From Rhynchobatus australiae (lineage: Eukaryota): a stretch of DNA of 64,000 nt. Shown here one piece after another: positions 61,481 to 64,000 of this stretch. Location: the NCBI GenBank assembly GCA_034780895.1, contig JAUZTB010000070.1, positions 23,124,717 through 23,188,716 of the forward strand, in the 5' to 3' direction. A program made the position numbers and the translations under genes. A model generated the notes under the pieces. That model was not told where the DNA came from. It did not search any database and was given only the letters and a program-made list of their open reading frames with translations. Positions within the stretch are counted from its first letter, which is position 1, and each line of letters begins with the position of its first letter.

Positions 61481-64000
61481 ACAACAAAGCTGATGCCAGC
61501 TTGGAAAGGAATAAAGTGGTGCTGATTAGACCATTGCAGTTATAGAGTCATACAGCACAGAAACAGGCCCCTTGGTCCACATTGTCCATGTGCCCATTGT
61601 AACTTTCTAAACTAATCCCATTTACCTGCATTAGTTCAGTAACCTTCAAAGCTTTGGTGATTTAAGTACTTGTCTAGATGGCATACAGACTGAAGAACTA
61701 TGGCAATGTAGTTCCACTAGTGAATAGGTGTCATTAGACTGCAAAGTGTACCAAGTCACATTCCATTATATATCTGTGGTGATATTTGACAGCCATAATG
61801 CAGACATTTAAAGTAATACCAGGTATTCCATTAATAGACTGAACTCCAAATATACTAATACAAAATTAAGTGCATTCTTTTCTGTGAGTGAATCATTCAG
61901 ACCTTAACCAATAACATACAGGTCAGATGGCCAAAATTCCCATTCATTTAGGAAGATTAGTAACTTTTTCACATTCTTCTGCTTAATTGTGACATTTCTT
62001 TTTTCTAGACCCCAAGATGGGTTCAAGGTATTTCAGCAAAACACAGGGTTGGTCGGGGGTGGGGGGGGTGGGGGGAGTAGTGGAAATACTCAGCAGGTCA
62101 GGCCACATCTGTGAGAAGACATGTAGAGTTGGCATTTCAGGACGTAGCCCCTTCATTAGAGAAGGCTCCATCAGGGGAAGGCTTTGATTGTTTGACCTGG
62201 AAATGGAGACCAAGATAAGATAGTCTAACTCAGCAATACCCCGATTCAGCAACTGAAGAAATCAACAAATATCAGAATCTCCTGCTCTGTTCAAGACCAG
62301 CTGCTTGTCAGATGGGAGGTCATGAGAGTTATAGAATCATTCAGCACAGAAGGAAATCATTTGGTCCATCATAGTTGCACCAGCTGTTTGAAGGATATTT
62401 TTAATTAGTTCCACTCCCTTGCTCTTTCCATTAAACTCTGCAACATTTTCCCCACCAAGTTTTTATCCAATTCCCTTTCTAAAGTTGCAATTCAATTTCC
62501 TTTTGTCATCCTTCCAGGCTGCACATCATAATGGGCTGGGTTGTGTTCAGTCTGACCCACCTCAGGGCTGGCCCAGTGACTGCACTAAACTTTAGCTGCT
62601 CTTGGCTCCCAACGACCTTAAGGCCTTGGCTCCAGGGTTGTCCTTCAAGAGGAGTGGGACACAACTGGTGGGTGACCAGAACTGTAGATATTACATCCTG
62701 AGGTCTGGACCCAGCACTGCCTTGAGCCCTTTAGCTATTTGTGTCATCAAATGTTGTTTTCACTATGTTTAAATGTCTCTGAAAATGGTTGAGATTGTAC
62801 TATTCAAAAAAATTAAAATAATAATCACATTAAACTGCTGTTAGTTATGATCAAATGTACAGTATAATAAAGAAAATAAACAAAAATTAGCTAAATTAAC
62901 CATTTTAATAAAGATTGGTGATACCTTCAAATAAATTGGGCGATACTGGCACTAAGACAAAGTGTGACTAAAACGCACTTCTTTCTTAAGTAATATATTA
63001 AAACTCTAGAAGGGATGCATAATCTGATAGATAAAAAATGCAAATAAAACATTGTCATAATAGAATATCCTTTTTCTAAAAAATGAAGTACACATTTGAT
63101 TAAAGCTCATTTATTTGTTTAGTGATATTGGCTTGCTTATCCTGTTTTACATTTATTACACAGAAAATACCACAAAATTTGAGCTGTAAATAGATTTCTT
63201 TTTAAATTAGCTCAATATGCATCTTCCCTGTGCATTAATTTGAATTGGTAAACATGAAACATAATACAAAAAGACATATTTACGTAGTGTCTTTCACACG
63301 CCAGAGTGCTTCACAGGCAATGAATCAGGAGGAACACCACTGACCAACTCACGCACTACTCTGACTTGCCTCTGATTATGTTTTTCTTTCCATTAATATC
63401 TTGTTTTGCACAGTTTTTTTCTTCACTATCTTGTATAATTTATGTTCTGTGTGTTGTCTGAATCTACTTGCCTATGATGATATTGAAAGCAAGTTTTTCA
63501 TTATACCTGTACCTCACTGTACTTGTGCATATGACAATAAACTTGACTGACTTGAAATTAAGTATTGCCTTACCTTATTCCAAAATGCATCACATTCACT
63601 TGGGTTTGGAGTCCAGTTACTGTTGTTACGTAGGCAGATGTTGCACAACAAAGTCATGCAGGCAGATACTTTTCTTCACTTGTGCTGTCTAAAGAGCAAT
63701 AAATGTTGGCCAGGATTCGAGAAGAACTCCCAAAAGTTCTACCTGAAAGTGTGGACAGAACCTCATCTGAAAGATGACAGCTGCTCCACTCAGTGAAGTG
63801 TGATTCTAACACTTGACATTATTATCTTTCTCAAAGCTGACCTTATTGGATTGGGAAGGAAAGGAATCGTCAGATTAGATGCAGAAACCAGCACTTTGCA
63901 CTCCTGTGCAGAATCTCATGCTGTGATTTCTCTGCATGGCAGTAACAGCATGCAAATAAATTGATGTTATTTTTGTGAGAGATATCATACCATACAGCAC

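Noticed and set aside
53800-64000. Divergent neighbouring gene such as FGF22
   Set aside because: No FGF-like or other coding exon was recognised; the region is mostly decayed repeats.

Overview
This is AT-rich, repeat-dense vertebrate genomic DNA from a gapped draft assembly. The repeat mix (CR1, Rex1/Babar, RTE, Tx1, Penelope-like elements, V-SINE and Deu-domain SINEs) suggests a cartilaginous fish; that is an inference. One protein-coding gene dominates: the mitochondrial RNA polymerase POLRMT on the minus strand. I traced 15 coding exons by hand from the ATG at 53606 to 4375. All visible junctions are GT-AG with consistent phases, giving about 1146 visible codons. The end of exon 10 lies in a gap. 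The C-terminal exons (specificity loop, motif C) were not found and probably lie beyond position 1. The promoter is CpG-rich with NRF1-like and ZNF143/ACTACA motifs, and 53.8-64 kb is almost all decayed transposons. I found no convincing new multi-gene system. The best leads are small: a perfect 26-bp hairpin in intron 1, a compound palindrome/tandem scar and a candidate poison exon in intron 4, Penelope-derived fold-back elements with hammerhead-like cores, a 3-codon uORF, and an expanded Lys-rich exon 3. Human exon sizes and residue numbers are recalled from memory. Repeat boundaries are approximate and family calls were made by eye.
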